Assembly (NCBI RefSeq): GCF_009914755.1
Contig: NC_060940.1
Direction: 5' to 3' (one strand)
DNA: 64,000 nucleotides
DNA from: the human T2T-CHM13v2.0 reference genome, Homo sapiens
The notes beneath the pieces were generated by a model, which was not told the DNA's origin, searched no databases, and saw only the letters and a list, made by a program, of their open reading frames with translations. Made by a program: the position numbers and the translations under genes. Of this stretch, positions 60,931-64,000 are shown piece after piece; position 1 is the stretch's first letter, and every line of letters begins with the position of its first letter.

Positions 60931-62020
60931 ATAGTAAACACCCATATACCCATCACAGATTTGAGTCCTTTTGCATTTGGGAAAAAGAGGCACAAAAGGG
61001 AGATTCTAGAAAATTCTCATTTTGCAAACCTTTGGCTTCTGCACTATCAGCAAGCTGAATGAAATGAAAAATCTTTGCTTCAGAGATTCTTGAATGGCCA
61101 AAAAGGAGGCCCCTCAGATCTGGAGATCGTATTTAAACATGGAACCACCTATCAGTACAAGGACAAACTTGGCTTTGGGCCACAGCAGTCATTTTTCATT
61201 CATCCACCAACCTCCCCTAAATAAACACAAACATGCTGCAGTTTCTGCTGGCTTATGATGTACTAGCAGAATTTTTAAAAAGCATAAAGTGTCAAAAAAA
61301 AAAAAAGAACTACGAGGAAAATGTTAAGGATTTCTACATCTGGCAATTAAAATACAGGATTTATACATTTTATGCTTTATTTCCGCTAACACCACTATAA
61401 ATTATACAGGACTAATCCTAAATGCACATGATATGGGCAACTCAAACAGAAAATCTGTTTTGCATTTAGGTAACAGACATGGAAAAAATAGTATTTCACT
61501 TTCCTAACATCTAAGTATGCTGAGGGCAATTTGTTTCAATTATTAGCACCTTATACTATCACAAAAAATTATACTATTACATGAAGATAAGTACTCAATA
61601 ATATAACACATTGTTAGAAACATAGATGATAATGAGACTTTTAATTATGGTTATAACATGAAGGTATAGAAAGAAAACAATTTTCAAATATTACTGCTAT
61701 TATGAAACATGAAAGCGTTCTAACACAACAAAGGTCATATAAGTATAAGGTGATGTTAAACTTAGCTTCATGTTATTTAAAATAAAATCCTGAGATGACA
61801 CAGTGCTTTAATGTGTGAGGTGAAAGCAGGCTTTCAGTGCTGAGTTCCAAATTTCTGCATACAGGAGCCTTTAAATGGAAATACTGAATTTTATTGGAGA
61901 CACTGAGAAACCTTTCTATGTTTTCAAATTTAAAGAAAGCTAAGTCATTGCTAAAATCTCCTAAACTTTAATGAAATAATTACAAATTTAAAAAAACTAT
62001 AGAAATCTTAGAGTTTGGAT

Positions 62021-62650
62021 GATTATTATTATTATTATTATTTGAGACAGGGTCTCACTCAGTCACCCTCGGCCAGAGTGCAGTGGTACAATCTCAGCTC
62101 ACTGCAGCCTCGACTTCCTCAGCTCAAGTAATCCTCCCACCTCAGCCTCCCGCCACAGCTGGGACTACAGGGGCACACCAACACACCCGGCTAACTTTTG
62201 TAATTTTTGTAGAGACAGGGTTTCGCCATGTTGTCCAGGCTGCTCTTGAACTCCTGAGCCCAAGTGATCTGCCCATCTCAGCATTCCAAAGGGCTGGGAT
62301 TATAGGCATGAGGCATCTGGCCTGGCTGAGTTTGAATTATTTTTTAAAAATACATATAGATATTTTCTTTGCTCTGTTGCCCAGGGTCTTGCTCTGTTGC
62401 CATGGCATAATCACGGCTCATCACTGCCTCAAACTCCTTAGCACAAGCAATCCTCCCACCTCAGCCTCCTGAGTAGCTAGGTTTACAGGCATGAGCCACC
62501 ATGCCTAATTTTTTGATTTTTGTTGTTGTTGTTGTTAGAGATGGGATCTTGCTATGTTGCCCAGGCTGGTCTTTAAGCTGTCCTTAAGCAATCCTCCCAT
62601 CTCATCCTCCCAAAGGGCTAGGATTACAGGTATGAGCTACCATGCCCAGC
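62021..62650 (-). mobile_element. Two AluJ-like elements (62021-62326, 62365-62650)
   Basis: Reverse Alu matches. Confidence 0.88.
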
Positions 62651-63087
62651 TGATACAGGTAATTTTTAATAAACACAATTGTTCTGCTTCCCCAGCTGTG
62701 CTTTTGTCAAAGTCTGTAGAGTTGACACTTCACACTCTCACTCGATTAAAGCAGACCTTCATCTAAAAATCAATCCATCCATTTGCCAGATGTGTTACAG
62801 CCCATACAACAGGTGAGACGAGAAAGGCCAGATCTAAAAGGCATTTTAATAAATAAAGCATAAAATAGAAAAGCAGTAACTGAAAATTATGAACTCAAAT
62901 GTGATAACTCATATTATATGATAATTCACTCATGAATTATCAATAATTCATAATTCTCTATTTACATTTTTTAAGTATTCTAGGTTTCACATCAGCATTC
63001 TCTCCATTCTCAACCATCAAAAGAAAGGTTTCATGTAAAATTCTACTATTAAAATAGTATTCCAAGTTGTCTGAATCCCTTTAAAAT

Positions 63088-63550
63088 TTTTTTAAATTGT
63101 GGTAAAGTACACATAAAATTTAGTGTCTTAACCATTTTAAACGTACAGTTCTGCAGCATTAAGTCCACTCACACTGCTGGGCAACCAATCTCCTGTAGTA
63201 CTGAATCACATTAAACAACTCCCCATTCCCACCTCTCCTCAGGTGGGGGCAATCACCGCTCTACTTTCTGTCTCTATGAATCTGACTTACTCTAAGAACC
63301 TCATATAAGTGAAATCATCTGGTGTTTTGTCTTTTTGTGATGGGCTTATTTCATTTTGCATAATGTCCTCAAGGTGCTTTTATAGCTAAGGAGCAGAATT
63401 TACACCTATATCTTTATCTTAACCAAATTACATTTTTACAATTTGCTTAAAGCAAATTGAAGCATGTATTAGAATCTCCTTCCTTTTTAAGGCTGATTAA
63501 TATTCCACTGTAAGCATATGCCACATTTTGCTTATCCAAATTGTCCACAT
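63088..63550 (-). mobile_element. L1MB-type 3' end
   Basis: aattgtggtaaagtacacataaaattt...tctactttctgtctctatgaatctgact...cctcatataagtgaaatcat. Confidence 0.8.
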
Positions 63551-64000
63551 CTCTTTATGTGATGCTACTCTCAGGAATCTTGTTGAACTATCCCCTCTCA
63601 AAGAAAGCAACCGTGTCCTGACCTACTGGTCCAAGAGATGTCAAAGGAAGGAGACAAACTACATTCATTCGTCTTTCCTGGATACCCAACCAGACAGATA
63701 TGCCAGAGGGGACATCTGTTAGAGGTGTACCACATCTTTATTAAAAACCAAGTTTTATGTCTTTGTGTACATTACATGGTAAAATCAATTTTCCTGGTTA
63801 ATCATTCTATTTTATTAGTAACTGCACACTTTAAAATTCTGCATTTTACATTAACGAGACTCTAGTTTTATGCTGAATATTTACTTGAATATTTTAAAAT
63901 ACTCTTTTGAGAACAGGCTGATCCTTTCTTACAAGTGTGCAGCTGGTAAGGTGCAAAGTAGCTGAATTCAGAGGGAGGAATGAGTGGGGGTGGTGGAAAT

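Overview
Human (great-ape-type) genomic DNA, very rich in Alu and old L1/LTR/DNA-transposon remnants. The only protein-coding content I can support is the 3' end of PARN (poly(A)-specific ribonuclease, chr16p13 from recall) on the minus strand. It comprises the penultimate coding exon (38494-38687, 194 nt), the last exon (coding 28320-28375 plus a ~1 kb 3' UTR ending near 27304), the 10,118-nt last intron, and ~25 kb of the preceding intron running off the right edge. Positions 1-27300 are intergenic. Almost every ORF in the supplied track is an Alu/L1/low-complexity artefact. I found no convincing new gene or biological system. The best leads are: a (UG)20 tract in the PARN 3' UTR (possible CELF1/TDP-43/pUG-fold autoregulation of a deadenylase); splice architecture around the split Ser557 codon; a cryptic acceptor with coding-like debris at ~46.7-47.0 kb; an inverted templated L1 insertion inside an Alu; and several enhancer-like motif clusters. 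PARN exon coordinates are exact. Repeat boundaries and subfamily calls are by eye and approximate.
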